Shown in pieces: positions 52,215-62,560 of a DNA stretch of 64,000 nt (position 1 is its first letter; each line of letters opens with the position of its first letter). Both the position numbers and the translations under genes were made by a program. Origin of the DNA: a virus (Duplodnaviria > Caudoviricetes); the IMG/VR virus record IMGVR_UViG_2885633469_000002, positions 82,103 through 146,102 of that record, one strand, 5' to 3'. Below the pieces are notes generated by a model. That model was not told the origin of the DNA. It did not search any database and was given only the letters and a program-made list of their open reading frames with translations.

Positions 52215-52887
52215 AATAAATGGAAAAGTTTATATACTTTGTATAATAAAAAGGAGGAAAACCATGAAAAATAATACAGTATGCGAGAAAACAATTAAGG
52301 ATGCAATTGTAAGTTATATGAATCCATATCATGTAAAATATATAAAAGAATATCCATATAATTCAATTTATAAATTATTCCAATCGTTAGATAGTCTTGA
52401 AGAAGAAAAGCTATATGAAATTATGGGGATAGCAGGGAGTTTTTATATAAAAGGAATAAATAAAACGTTATTTAATGATAAAGATAAATTATTCACTCAA
52501 GTAAAATCTAAATGTATAGAAATAGCTAAAACAACTTCAGAATTAGTTGCAATTAATGCTTTTGTAAGCGTTGTTGCAAATGGTTTGCTATGTGTAGGAA
52601 ATCCATTAAATGTAAATGAGAAAATAATTGAGAATAAAAATATGTTGGAAAATATGAAATACAATGAAAAAGAAATAATTGGAAAAGTTAAACAAACTAA
52701 TGGAAATAAAACAATAAGTGATGATAATATAAAACATGTATATAATATGTTTCAAGAATCAATAGATAAAATGAAAATCAACCAAGAAAAAAACTTAGAT
52801 TTATATAACTATTTTTGCAATAATGTAATAAAAGATTTACTAAATGAAAATTATTTACAAACAAAAAAAGAATTACAAGATGATTAG
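52186..52887 (+). CDS. hypothetical protein (probable start 52264)
   Basis: AAGGAGG RBS before ATG 52264. Confidence 0.6.
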   Translation: MISLLKKVIKINGKVYILCIIKRRKTMKNNTVCEKTIKDAIVSYMNPYHVKYIKEYPYNSIYKLFQSLDSLEEEKLYEIMGIAGSFYIKGINKTLFNDKDKLFTQVKSKCIEIAKTTSELVAINAFVSVVANGLLCVGNPLNVNEKIIENKNMLENMKYNEKEIIGKVKQTNGNKTISDDNIKHVYNMFQESIDKMKINQEKNLDLYNYFCNNVIKDLLNENYLQTKKELQDD

Positions 52888-52939
52888 TTTATTATAGATT
52901 AGCAAATAAAAAGTTGTTTTAAAATAAAGAGGTGATATA

Positions 52940-53629
52940 ATGCTATTTACAAGAACAAAACAATATTTAGATATAATTCCACCTATAGATATTAAAAAAC
53001 TCATATTTATAGCTAAAAAAACACTTCCAGATGTTATTTTTAATATGGGAAGTTTAGAGGGAAACCCTTTCACATATCCTGAAGTTCAGACATTATTAGA
53101 TGGAATAACTGTAGGTGGTCATAGAGTGTCAGATGAACAACAAATTTATGACTTAAAAAATAGTTGGGAGTATTTATTTGAATTGGTTCAAAAGGATGAA
53201 TTTCAACTTAGCCAAGAAATATTTAATAATATAAATAATAAAGTAGCAATTAATGAAGCATTAGTAAGTGGAAAATTTAGAGATGGTCAAGTAAGAATAG
53301 GTGGAACTGATTATATTCCTCCACAAGCAGAAGACTTAAATTCTGTATTTTTAAATGAGCTACCTGAAATTATAGATAGATGTAAAAGTAAAACTGAGTT
53401 AGCTTTTGAGATATTCTTATTTGTAGCTTTAAATCAATTCTATTATGATGGTAATAAAAGAACAGGCAGGCTACTAGCAAATGGGATTTTACTATCTAAT
53501 GGTCAAGGGGTTTTGAATATAAAAGCAAAAAATAAGCTGGAATTCAATACATTAATGGTTGAATTCTATAATACACAAAAGGCTGATAGTATTTGTGATT
53601 TTTTATATAATAAATGCTTAGAGAGATAA
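52940..53629 (+). CDS. Fic-domain protein
   Basis: SLEGNP..GKFRDGQVRIGG..QFYYDGNKRTGRL. Confidence 0.85.
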   Translation: MLFTRTKQYLDIIPPIDIKKLIFIAKKTLPDVIFNMGSLEGNPFTYPEVQTLLDGITVGGHRVSDEQQIYDLKNSWEYLFELVQKDEFQLSQEIFNNINNKVAINEALVSGKFRDGQVRIGGTDYIPPQAEDLNSVFLNELPEIIDRCKSKTELAFEIFLFVALNQFYYDGNKRTGRLLANGILLSNGQGVLNIKAKNKLEFNTLMVEFYNTQKADSICDFLYNKCLER

Positions 53630-53687
53630 TGAGAGAAATTAAAATGATAGAAGAAGGTGAAAACTTATCAATAACGATGAATTATTA

Positions 53688-54263
53688 ATGATATTAGATA
53701 AATTAAGTTTTAAAACTACTTTAGGTAAAAGTCTAAAAAATACTTTAAGAAAATTTAAGAAAAATGAATTAATAAATGATTTAGAAAACTATATAGATTT
53801 TCTAAATGATAATGTAGATTTATTACAAAATTATAATTATAGAATTAAATCTTTACAATCAATATTATTAAAATATGATAAATACTATCCTAGCAAAGAA
53901 GTTTATGGTTGTTTTAATGATATACTAGGAATAAGAGTTATAGTAGATAGTTATAACAATATTAATCTTGATTCAGAGCTAGTAAGGTGTGTAGATATGA
54001 CAAAAGGAAAATCTAATGATGATGGATATAGAGGATATCACATTTATTATAGAAGAAGCAATTATCATTATCCAATAGAAATACAATTTTTTACCAATAA
54101 GGATTTTAAATTCAATATTTGGCTACACACATATGTATATAAGTATAAAGATAATGATATTGGAGTAAAATTAAGAAAAATGTATGATTCAGATAAAATA
54201 AATGATAAAAAAGATTTTGAGAGGTGTTTAGAATATGTGCTATTTAATAGTAAAAGATTTTAA
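53688..54263 (+). CDS. small alarmone synthetase-fold toxin (FaRel2-like toxSAS)
   Basis: RIKSLQS, NDILGIR, DDGYRGYH, IEIQ synthetase motifs. Confidence 0.75.
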   Translation: MILDKLSFKTTLGKSLKNTLRKFKKNELINDLENYIDFLNDNVDLLQNYNYRIKSLQSILLKYDKYYPSKEVYGCFNDILGIRVIVDSYNNINLDSELVRCVDMTKGKSNDDGYRGYHIYYRRSNYHYPIEIQFFTNKDFKFNIWLHTYVYKYKDNDIGVKLRKMYDSDKINDKKDFERCLEYVLFNSKRF

Positions 54264-54459
54264 TAAAAAAGGGTCTTTAGCACTTGAATTAAATAATGGC
54301 AAAGAAGTGGCAGGATTATCAAAATTTCTTACTGCAAGACTAAAAAATACTTCAAAACAAGTAGTTACCATCAGTGATTTGGAAACTTGGGAAGAATATG
54401 CTCCGTTTAATATTGTAAATAATGCAAGTGAATTTATTGATAAAGCTGAAAAAATGTAA
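54235..54459 (+). CDS. putative antitoxin (ATfaRel2-like)
   Basis: 74 aa overlapping the toxin 3' end; MCYLIVK..VTIS..EYAPF. Confidence 0.6.
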   Translation: MCYLIVKDFNKKGSLALELNNGKEVAGLSKFLTARLKNTSKQVVTISDLETWEEYAPFNIVNNASEFIDKAEKM

Positions 54460-54541
54460 GAAGTGAAAATTATTTTAAAAGTAAGAAAGGAAATAGAATT
54501 AATATAAATTCACGATTTTATTTTAAACTGGGGGGGAGAAC

Positions 54542-55831
54542 ATGAAAGAATATGAAGTGAGTACAATCTCAGAATATCTCGATGTAATTCGTGATAATAA
54601 TTTCGAGTCTTATATATTTAGGGGGCAAAATGAACCATATTATGGAATAGAAGCTAGTGGATTTAGACCTTATAAAGGAGGATGGGATTCTGATACTTTT
54701 TATGATTTCAATAGTATTCAAAAAGACTATTATGATAAAATCATTAGTCGTATATCTGAAGATGAAAAAAAGCATTTTACTTCTTTTTGTCAGCATCATC
54801 AATTACCAACTAATTTAGTGGATTTTACACATTCTCCGTTAATATCTCTATTTTTTGCTTGTTATGGAAAGGGTGAACAACCTTATTATTTAAGTGATTT
54901 ACTTAATAATCCAAGTAAACAGCAAATAGAAGATTTGAAGAATGATAAATCTCTACAAGATACATTAATATACAATTTATGTAATAATATTTCAAAGAAA
55001 TATTTTAGTAACACTGCTGAAGTATATTTAATAAATAAAAACAGGCTTGTTGATATTAGTGACATCGTTATTGAAATTAAGGGGGGTAATTTTTTTGAAG
55101 TATTAACAAAAGATTTGGATATTCAAAATGAAATTTACAAAAGAATACTTAATACTTTTTATAATAATTCAGACGAGGTTGAATCTTGGGTTTTAAATTT
55201 GGTGGGAAATTATGAATACAATAATGTAAATCTTAATGGAATTAAAGGACTATTAGATAGTGATAGCGATAATAAATTTTTAGAATTAAGAAAATTATTA
55301 AAAAATAGCAAAAAGAAATTAATAGATATGTATTATTTTTTGAAGAAAAATTTACATGATGAAGATATAATTTCCTCTAAATTTTATGAGTTTGAGGATT
55401 ATATGATTTTTGGGGATGAAGATTATTCAAAAGAAGATTTTATTATTGTAGGGGCTAAAATATATTTAGCATTATTTATAAATCTTTTGAAAATATTTAA
55501 ATTTTACAAAGACAGATGTTATATAAACTTAGATATATATTTTATATATCAGCCACCCAATTTATTTGATAGAATATCCAATCAAAAAGGATTGTTTATA
55601 TATCAAGGTTATATGTATTATAAAGAAGATTGCTATGGATACCATTATTTAAATTATCAAAATATACTACCTGATGTAACAATTAAAATTAATAATTATG
55701 AAAAGATATTAAGTGAATTAGATTGCTTGGGGATAAATTTGGAAATGGTTTATAGTGATTTTGATAGTATTGCAAAATCTGTGAGACATAAACATGAGGT
55801 GGAAATTAGAAAAAATAAAAGTGGCAAATAA
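54542..55831 (+). CDS. FRG-domain protein
   Basis: IFRGQ..QHHQLPTNLVDFTHSPLISLFFA..RISNQKGLF. Confidence 0.85.
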   Translation: MKEYEVSTISEYLDVIRDNNFESYIFRGQNEPYYGIEASGFRPYKGGWDSDTFYDFNSIQKDYYDKIISRISEDEKKHFTSFCQHHQLPTNLVDFTHSPLISLFFACYGKGEQPYYLSDLLNNPSKQQIEDLKNDKSLQDTLIYNLCNNISKKYFSNTAEVYLINKNRLVDISDIVIEIKGGNFFEVLTKDLDIQNEIYKRILNTFYNNSDEVESWVLNLVGNYEYNNVNLNGIKGLLDSDSDNKFLELRKLLKNSKKKLIDMYYFLKKNLHDEDIISSKFYEFEDYMIFGDEDYSKEDFIIVGAKIYLALFINLLKIFKFYKDRCYINLDIYFIYQPPNLFDRISNQKGLFIYQGYMYYKEDCYGYHYLNYQNILPDVTIKINNYEKILSELDCLGINLEMVYSDFDSIAKSVRHKHEVEIRKNKSGK

Positions 55832-55841
55832 AGGAGTAATA

Positions 55842-56171
55842 ATGAGCTTTACAAGTAATATTTATAAAATGGAACATTCAAATGTAACAAACCTAACACC
55901 AATAACGATATATAAAAGTGATGGAGAGATTAATAAGTTTATTAAAACTATTAATAAACTGAATTTAGATATAAATAATTTCTACAAAGTTGAAGGAAAG
56001 TTATATAAATATTGTTATTTAAAAGGTACTGTATTAGTAGAAATATATGATATAAATGAAGATTATTTTATTAATTTTAAAGTTAAAGAGCAAATTGAAC
56101 AAAGAGAAAAAATTCATCAAAGATGTATTGAAGAATCGCCACGCACTCTCGTGACTTCAGTCATGAGTTAG
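55842..56171 (+). pseudogene. gene truncated at an orphan IS left end
   Basis: Ends in IS-derived ESPRTLVTSVMS. Confidence 0.6.
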
Positions 56172-56193
56172 TGGCGACATATGTTAATATAAA
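56133..56193 (+). mobile_element. orphan left end of family A IS
   Basis: TTGAA|GAATCGCCACGCACTCTCGTGACTTCAGTCATGAG.. matches the sequence from 31467. Confidence 0.9.
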
Positions 56194-56522
56194 GCTTTAA
56201 AAGGTGGTACTAAAAATGCTTGAAGAAAGATATTTTAAAACAGGAGCTATTATAATATTTTGCGATGAAGAATTTGAGGTATTGGACAACTATGGTAGTT
56301 CTGGTAAGGTTAAAGAAAATAGTCCTAATGGCACTATAATTAGTAATTTTTATTGGAATTATGCTGAGCAAGATGCGAACTAAAAAAGTAATTAATATAA
56401 AAAGTTACTTTTGTCCATATTATTACAAGGAAATTTTGTAATAACCCTTGTAATTTTTTCTAATATATGTTATTATATAAATATAAAATAATTTAATAAA
56501 AATTACAAGGGGTTGTTTTTAA

Positions 56523-57434
56523 ATGAATGAATTACCTAAAAGAGTAGAAGACTTCTTAAATTATTTAAAAGTCATAAAAAATAAAAGTCAAAATACAATA
56601 GATGGATATGAAGTAGATTTAAGAATGTTTTTTAGATTTTATAAGATAGATAAAGGTTTAGTATCTAAAGATATAAAGTTTTCGAGTGTAGATATATCAG
56701 ATATTACAGATAATCATATTAAATCTATTATATTACAGGATTTATATAATTTTATGTATTTTTTACAGAATGAAAGACATAATAGCGAAAAATCAAGAGG
56801 TAGAAAAATAGCTAGTTTAAAATCATTCTTTAATTATTTAGAAACCAAAGCAAATTTAATTAAAGAGAATCCAACAAAGGAATTAGAAACTCCAGATATA
56901 AAAAGAAGAGAACCTGTATATTTAACCTTAGAAGAATGTAGTAAATTATTAAATGCAATACAAGATGGAAGTATTAACAGTAAGAGAAATTATTGTATGA
57001 TAATTATCATGCTTAACCATGGACTTAGAGTAAGTGAATTATTAAATTTAAAAGTAGAAGATATAAACAATGAAAAAATAAGAGTAATAGGTAAAGGTAG
57101 TAAGATAAGATTTATGTATCTAAATAATACTACCAGAGAAGCCATAAGAAGTTACTTTTGTTTTGAAGATATAAAGAGTGGTAAGATGTTTAATATTACT
57201 AAAGAACAGGTTAATAACGTAATTAAAGGCTATTCTAAGAAAGCCAAAATAAATAAACATGTAACAGCCCATACTTTAAGGCATACATCAGCAACAATAA
57301 ATTTAAAACAAACAAAAGATTTGAGATATGTTCAGGAATTTTTAGGTCATAGTAATTTATCTACTACTCAAATATATGTTCATGTGTTAGATGAAGATAA
57401 AAAGAAGTATGCAAATAAAGTTCAAATAAGATAA
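56523..57434 (+). CDS. XerC/D-like tyrosine recombinase
   Basis: GLRVSEL, GKG, HTLRH, LGH..TTQIY all intact. Confidence 0.92.
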   Translation: MNELPKRVEDFLNYLKVIKNKSQNTIDGYEVDLRMFFRFYKIDKGLVSKDIKFSSVDISDITDNHIKSIILQDLYNFMYFLQNERHNSEKSRGRKIASLKSFFNYLETKANLIKENPTKELETPDIKRREPVYLTLEECSKLLNAIQDGSINSKRNYCMIIIMLNHGLRVSELLNLKVEDINNEKIRVIGKGSKIRFMYLNNTTREAIRSYFCFEDIKSGKMFNITKEQVNNVIKGYSKKAKINKHVTAHTLRHTSATINLKQTKDLRYVQEFLGHSNLSTTQIYVHVLDEDKKKYANKVQIR

Positions 57435-57707
57435 GCAATTACAATAAACGAAAGATAAGCATTTATTTTCTTGTTAGTTAATATAAAACAATTTGACAAA
57501 TTAGTAATAAAATGATACTATAAGATTATAGGAAATATTTACTATAAAATAATACTTTTAAAGCAATATAAAATAATCTAATAAATATCAAATAAATTAT
57601 GAAAGGCTATACGTAGATTTGGATGTAAATTCATGGTATGATTTAAAAATGAAAGATAAAGTTAAATTAGAAAAATAGTTTAATTATGAATATAGGAGAG
57701 TTTCTTT

Positions 57708-57866
57708 ATGGCTAAAATAAAAAAAATTATAGTGAACTATCCAGAAGACCCTAAAGTAATGGAAGAACTGCAAGATAGAGCTATGGGCATATTAGCCAGA
57801 GCCTTAGTTAAAAAACTTCCTACGGAGGATATAGAAGAAATTATAAAAGAGTTAGAAGAGAGGTAG
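57708..57866 (+). CDS. small hypothetical protein (52 aa)
   Basis: AGGAGAG RBS; MAKIKKIIVNYPEDP.. Confidence 0.55.
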   Translation: MAKIKKIIVNYPEDPKVMEELQDRAMGILARALVKKLPTEDIEEIIKELEER

Positions 57867-57874
57867 CAAAATTC

Positions 57875-58051
57875 ATGGTAAGAGGTGCAGAAATTAAAAA
57901 AGTAACTATTAAAATCCCAGAAGATATAGAAAGAGAAGAAGTGGAAAGAAGTGCATGTAAAGCTTATGCAAAAATTTTATCTGAGATGTATCCCTCATAA
58001 GTTATAGAGAAAATAATAGAAAGATTAGAATCAGGAGATATAGAATTATAA
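57875..58051 (+). pseudogene. paralog-like small gene with internal stop
   Basis: IKKVTIKIPED..YPS*VIEKIIERLE resembles the preceding ORF. Confidence 0.5.
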
Positions 58052-58144
58052 ATAAAGAGCTTAAGTTTGATGTAATAATAAAATATTTTTATACTATAAA
58101 ATTTAAAGAGAAAATATTAAGAGAAAGAGAAGGATAGAAGTTGA

Positions 58145-59443
58145 ATGGAAAAGATAAAATTTAATACATTAGAAAGTATAATCAATAATAATTCCTGTGC
58201 ATTTTTATATGGAAATGGTTTAAGTATAAATTTTGATAGAAGTTTTGGTACAATTTTTAATCGCTTGTATGAAGCACATAAGATTTTGATTAGAAATGGA
58301 GTATTTAAAACAAAATTTAATAGTAGATTTAGAAAAAAGAATATGACTAATTATAATGAGGTATTACAATATATTAAATATAGCAAAGAAGATGAAATAT
58401 TAAAAATTTTTAAAGATGCTTTAATATTTGCTCAATCTATTATAGAAAATAACAAACTAATTGAAGCTTTAGAAAATAGCAAACAATTAGTAACTACAAC
58501 ATTTGGTATTGGACAATTAGATTTAGTTAAACAAATTTGTGATTCAGGCAAAAGGGGAGTGCAATGTGTAAATATAGAATATTGGACAATCCTTATACAC
58601 TTTTATTTTTTAATTAAAAAGCTGAATTTGGATAAAGACATATATGACTTTCCTGATAATAATATTTTTATTACATTGGTGCATATTGGAGATAAAAGCA
58701 CAATTACATTGCTAAATAGTGAAGACATTAAAGAAAAACTATTAGAGAGTACATTATTTAATGGCTTTAATATATATTATAGACTATTATTTTGTATAGC
58801 TATTTTTGATAATGGTAAGGCAATTAATTATAACAAATTGGAAAATAGTAAAAATATTCATTTAAATAAATTGCAAACATCCTTAAATAAATTTAATGCA
58901 ATTTTAACTTTAAATTATGATAGAATTTTAGAACTAATTTTAGATAAACAAATTCATCACTTACATGGAAAATTTGTATTAAATAAAGAGGAAGTAGTAG
59001 CAAATCAAGTTCTAGGTTTAAAATATAATAATAATTATATAAGTTTTTCAGATATTTTAATTGGAGATTACTTTTATAACAAGATTCAAAAGAGCATGGT
59101 AAACACACTAGCAGGTAAAGATTATGTAAATAAAAAAACACAATATCCTTCAAAAATTATTGGTGAAATAATACATGAAAAATATATAAATACATTTTTA
59201 ATAATGGGGATGTCTATCCAGAATGACCAACATATTATAAGATTAATAATGTCAGAATTATATTTTAATAAAGCAAATAATCCTAAGATAATTTATGGTT
59301 ACTACGAAGAGAAAGATATGGAAGAGTTTAATAAGATATTCTACGAAGTAATTAATTTTAGTGAGGAATTAAATAGATATGCACAAAATATAGATGTAAA
59401 GTATATAGATATTAAACCAATTATAAGTATGTATAAAAAATAA
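58145..59443 (+). CDS. Sir2-like/AbiH-like protein
   Basis: FLYGNGLS, TLNYD, HLHG, IMGMS..ND motifs. Confidence 0.7.
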   Translation: MEKIKFNTLESIINNNSCAFLYGNGLSINFDRSFGTIFNRLYEAHKILIRNGVFKTKFNSRFRKKNMTNYNEVLQYIKYSKEDEILKIFKDALIFAQSIIENNKLIEALENSKQLVTTTFGIGQLDLVKQICDSGKRGVQCVNIEYWTILIHFYFLIKKLNLDKDIYDFPDNNIFITLVHIGDKSTITLLNSEDIKEKLLESTLFNGFNIYYRLLFCIAIFDNGKAINYNKLENSKNIHLNKLQTSLNKFNAILTLNYDRILELILDKQIHHLHGKFVLNKEEVVANQVLGLKYNNNYISFSDILIGDYFYNKIQKSMVNTLAGKDYVNKKTQYPSKIIGEIIHEKYINTFLIMGMSIQNDQHIIRLIMSELYFNKANNPKIIYGYYEEKDMEEFNKIFYEVINFSEELNRYAQNIDVKYIDIKPIISMYKK

Positions 59444-59548
59444 TTAAGCTTTTATATAATGTAAAAAAGATATTTTACTTCATATTTTCAATTAATAGTT
59501 CATAAATTCATTTTATGTATATTATAATTATATATAAGATGAAAGAAG

Positions 59549-59782
59549 GTGTATTTAATGCAGGAAAATAAGAAAGAAATATTAAATACTATGATTGATT
59601 TTAAAATATCTTCAAGGCGTTTTCCGTCTGCAAAAGAACTTGGGAAATATGGATATGATGAATTAATGTTTATAGATATGTTTGGAGGATATGGTAAAGC
59701 TTTGTTATTAGCAGAAACAAGAAAAGAACAGATAATATTAGAACAAGCTGGAACGAATGTCCTACTTGTGGAAATTCAATAG
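59549..59782 (+). CDS. hypothetical protein, homing-endonuclease-associated repeat-like
   Basis: RFPSAKEL..FGGYGKALLLA. Confidence 0.4.
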   Translation: MYLMQENKKEILNTMIDFKISSRRFPSAKELGKYGYDELMFIDMFGGYGKALLLAETRKEQIILEQAGTNVLLVEIQ

Positions 59783-59967
59783 GATACTATCCAAAAGATA
59801 ATGAATTTAGATGTTCAAAATGCAACCAAAGAATATTATGGAAATAAGTTGTAGCATATAAAATATTCGTTTTATCGTAACATAAAACAATTAAAAAAGG
59901 AGCGATACAGATATTTAAATGGTTTAAAGAAAAACAAAAAGAAAGATACGAAAATAAAATTAAATAT

Positions 59968-60285
59968 ATGATAAATTATAATGAATACATGATAAACAAA
60001 TATAAAAATATGCCTAAAATAATCAAAGATATAGTGGAAAAATATGAAGAAGAAAGTTGTATTTGTATGTGTTATCGAGAAGAATTTTTAAGTAAAATTC
60101 ATGTAAAATATAATGTTGATATTAATTTAATAAAAGAGTTAATAGAATCAGATACAATTGCAATAGAAGAAAATAAAAAAGCAGATATTAGAACAAAAGA
60201 ATTAGAACAAGAAAAAGAAACTAGAGAAAAAATAGATTTGTATAAAAGAGCTATATTAGAATTAAAACAAGATGATAAAATCTAA
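59968..60285 (+). CDS. hypothetical protein
   Basis: ORF on the local coding strand. Confidence 0.5.
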   Translation: MINYNEYMINKYKNMPKIIKDIVEKYEEESCICMCYREEFLSKIHVKYNVDINLIKELIESDTIAIEENKKADIRTKELEQEKETREKIDLYKRAILELKQDDKI

Positions 60286-60336
60286 AAATAATAGCTCACT
60301 AATATAAAATAATTTAATAAAACAAAAAGAGGGGCG

Positions 60337-61644
60337 TTGTTTATGAGTTATAATGCGTACATAACAAGAATAAAAAATATTAGAAAACATATTAATGCAG
60401 ATAGATTAAACGTAGGGGAATGCTTTGGAAATTCAGTAATAATCTCACTAGATGTAAAAGAAAATGAATTAGGTATATATTTTCCTACTGATGGGAAATT
60501 AGGAATGGAATTTTGTGAAATCAATAATTTATTAAGGGAGAAAGATGAAGATGGAAATCAAATAGGAGGATATTTAGAACCTGAAAAACGTCATGTATCC
60601 ACTTTAAAGCTTAGAGGAGAAAAGTCAGATGGTTTATTTATGCCATTAAAATGTTTAGAATCATTTTGTGATATTACAACGCTAAAAGAGGGGGATATGA
60701 TAACCACATTAAATGGTATTTTAATATGTGAAAAATACATTCCTAAAGGAAAAGTAAGAATACAAGGAGTATCTAAAGAAAAAAACAAGAAAATTAGTTC
60801 TGAATCATATCCACTTTTTAAAGAGCATAGTGATACAGCACAACTTGCATATAATACACATCAATTTAAAAAAGGTGATTTGTGTTATATTACTTTAAAG
60901 ATGCATGGTACAAGTCAACGTAGTTCGTATACGATTAAAGAGAGGAAAAGAAAAACACCACATTTAATATATAAATTGTTAAAATTTATGAATGTTAATA
61001 TAAGCCCTAAAAGAAATTGGGATAATGTCACAGGTACAAGAAGAGTTATAATAAAAGATTATGATAAAGGCTTTTATGGTAGTAATGAATTTAGAAAACA
61101 ATATCATGATTTATTCGCAAATAGATTGAGAAAAGGTGAAACAGTTTATTATGAAGTTGTAGGATATACAGATAAAAATCAAACAATTATGCCTGAATGT
61201 GACAATAAGAAAATAAGAGATAAAGAATTTATAAAACAATATGGCAAAACTACTAAGTTTACATATGGATGTGATATTGGAAAAAATGATATTTATGTAT
61301 ATAGAATGACTATGACAAATGAAGATGGTGATATAGTAGAATATCCTTGGTATTTAGTTAAATTACGTTGCGAACAAATGGGCATTAAATATTGTCCCCA
61401 ATTAGATAGTTTTACTTTTACAGATATCGAAGATTTAATGAATAGGGTAGAAAAGTTTGTAGATGGATCAGACCCAATAGGTAAAACTCATATTAGAGAA
61501 GGTGTAGTTGTAAGAATAGACAATAAAGAAAAGTTTACTGCATATAAACATAAGAATTTTACTTTTAAATTATTAGAAGGAATTATTAAAGAAAGTGATA
61601 TATTAGATATGGAAGAATCAGAAAGTGAGAATAAAAATGAATAA
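60337..61644 (+). CDS. RNA ligase (Rnl2/DRB0094-like with N-terminal OB-like domain)
   Basis: HINADRL..KLRGEKSDG; motif I TLKMHGTS; REGVVVR; YKHK. Confidence 0.8.
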   Translation: MFMSYNAYITRIKNIRKHINADRLNVGECFGNSVIISLDVKENELGIYFPTDGKLGMEFCEINNLLREKDEDGNQIGGYLEPEKRHVSTLKLRGEKSDGLFMPLKCLESFCDITTLKEGDMITTLNGILICEKYIPKGKVRIQGVSKEKNKKISSESYPLFKEHSDTAQLAYNTHQFKKGDLCYITLKMHGTSQRSSYTIKERKRKTPHLIYKLLKFMNVNISPKRNWDNVTGTRRVIIKDYDKGFYGSNEFRKQYHDLFANRLRKGETVYYEVVGYTDKNQTIMPECDNKKIRDKEFIKQYGKTTKFTYGCDIGKNDIYVYRMTMTNEDGDIVEYPWYLVKLRCEQMGIKYCPQLDSFTFTDIEDLMNRVEKFVDGSDPIGKTHIREGVVVRIDNKEKFTAYKHKNFTFKLLEGIIKESDILDMEESESENKNE

Positions 61645-62560
61645 GTTAATTATGATGGTTGGATTACCAGCTAGTGGAAAATCTTATTATGCAGATAAAA
61701 TAGCTAAAAAGGAAAATGCAGTTATATTATCTTCAGATAAATTAAGAAAAGAATTATTCAATAATGAAAATGACCAAAACCATAATACAGAAGTATTTAA
61801 AGAATTATATAAAAGAGTAAAAGAAAATTTAAAACAGGCAAATAATATTATAATAGATGCTACAAATATAAATCATAAAATAAGGAAAGCGTTGTTAGAT
61901 GAATTAAAGAGATTTAATTGTTTTAAAGAATGCTATTTAATAGCAACTCCATATAAAAAATGTTTAGAACAAAATAAGCGAAGAGAAAGAGAAATTCCAG
62001 AGCATGTAATAAAAAGAATGTATAAAAATATATTTATTCCACAATATTATGAAGGATGGAATAAAATTAATATAATTAAAAATTTTAATAAAGAAGATTT
62101 TAGTATTAATGAATTATTTAATGGAGAAAACGGACTTGATAAAATAAATCAAGATAATCCTCATCATACCTTAACAATAGGAAAACATTGTTTAAAATGC
62201 AGTGCCAATGTAGAAAATGATGAAAGTGCAAAGGATTTAGTAGAATTATCATTGATAAGTATTGCAGGACTACTTCACGACATAGGTAAAGCTTTTACTA
62301 AAGAATTTAAAAATACCAAAGGTGAAGTAACTGATATTGCACATTATTATGCACATCATAATGTATCTGCATATTTAAGCTTATTTTATTTAAATCTTTG
62401 TGATGAAGATATATTAAAAGTAATTAAGTATATTCAATGGCATATGCAACCATTCTTTATTAAAACAGAAAAATCTAAAAATAAATTTATTAGATTAACT
62501 GGTGAAGAATTTTATAATAATTTATTAATATTACATAGAGCTGATTTAATGGCAAAATAA
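61625..62560 (+). CDS. polynucleotide kinase fused to an HD domain
   Basis: MVGLPASGKS, SSDKLR, IIDATN, R; H..LLHDIGK..H..D. Confidence 0.85.
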   Translation: MRIKMNKLIMMVGLPASGKSYYADKIAKKENAVILSSDKLRKELFNNENDQNHNTEVFKELYKRVKENLKQANNIIIDATNINHKIRKALLDELKRFNCFKECYLIATPYKKCLEQNKRREREIPEHVIKRMYKNIFIPQYYEGWNKINIIKNFNKEDFSINELFNGENGLDKINQDNPHHTLTIGKHCLKCSANVENDESAKDLVELSLISIAGLLHDIGKAFTKEFKNTKGEVTDIAHYYAHHNVSAYLSLFYLNLCDEDILKVIKYIQWHMQPFFIKTEKSKNKFIRLTGEEFYNNLLILHRADLMAK

